A stretch of DNA of 33,017 nt from Octopus bimaculoides. Lineage: Eukaryota. Shown in pieces: positions 32,515 to 33,017 of this stretch. The translations under genes and the position numbers were made by a program. How positions within the stretch are numbered: the stretch's first letter is position 1; each line of letters begins with the position of its first letter. Below the pieces are notes generated by a model. That model did no database searches. It was not told where the DNA came from and was given only the letters and a program-made list of their open reading frames with translations. The stretch is taken from the NCBI RefSeq assembly GCF_001194135.2, contig NC_068996.1, forward strand, positions 26,579,719-26,612,735, given 5' to 3'.

Positions 32515-32764
32515 AAGAAAAGCAACAAAAATTCAATAGGTTATAGCAGTATGTTCGTTTCGTACAAACTTCATTTATTCATGTAGTGAGAACACTACAT
32601 AAAATGTGCAATGAAAATGTACTCCTCAACTGCATAATGGAATTTCATTTTAGAAAGGCAGTTTGTAGACGTGTGCAAAAAACAAGAGCAAGAGAAGAAA
32701 AAATACCATCTTGACTGGGCTGCCATTCAACAATCAAACAAGAATTTAATTTCTATATAATCTA

Positions 32765-33017
32765 AATTGAAGTATGAGTGTGAGTCTGTGTGTTTGTAGT
32801 GGATGGAAGTGGTGAGAGTGGAGTGATGAATGTTGACCGAAATGTCAAGAAAGGAGACAGAGGTGTCAGAGATAGTGCAGGAGAAGTGGAGGGCAGGATG
32901 GAAAGATTTGACGAATGAGAGGAATGAGTCAAGATGTTCGCGGGAGAGTGAGGTGGCACCGATACAGTCATCAATATAACGGCCATATAGTTCGGGAGTA
33001 GGACCAGTGAAACTTGA
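32765..33017 (-). mobile_element. Penelope-like element reverse transcriptase fragment (open frame, continues beyond the window)
   Basis: Frame starting at 33017: SSFTGPTPELYGRYIDDCIGATSLSREHLDSFLSFVKSFHPALHFSCTISDTSVSFLDISVNIHHSTLTTSIHYKHTDSHSY, with RYIDD, FHP.L.F, FLD and YK.TDSHSY typical of PLE RTs. No stop in this span. Confidence 0.9.

Overview
AT-rich, repeat-saturated animal genomic DNA with four N gaps (8720-8729, 14516-14599, 29539-30046, 32457-32476). It is most likely non-coding (intronic or intergenic) DNA from an octopus. The taxon is inferred from recognising the SINE, MITE and LINE families from memory, not from a database search. No complete host gene is evident, and most ORFs in the supplied track are translations of microsatellites or N runs. 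The window holds tRNA-headed SINEs of about four families, decayed non-LTR retrotransposon pieces from six lineages (CR1-like, CRE-like x2, RTE, HERO-like, L1/Tx1, Penelope-like), Tc1/mariner and pogo/Tigger derivatives, piggyBac-type MITEs and many microsatellites. The most notable signal is four minimal type I hammerhead-ribozyme motifs with unrelated flanks (2627-2725 -, 12136-12173 +, 15565-15637 +, 30131-30191 -). Each has the CUGAUGA...GAAAC...GUH core and a palindromic or near-palindromic stem III, and two share an unusual U-U at the base of stem II. An uninterrupted Penelope-like RT frame (YIDD), missed by the ORF track, lies at the window end. A second structured-RNA signal is a ~67-bp double-hairpin array with a compensatory base change in the RTE 3' UTR. 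All calls come from reading and hand translation; nothing was computed or searched.
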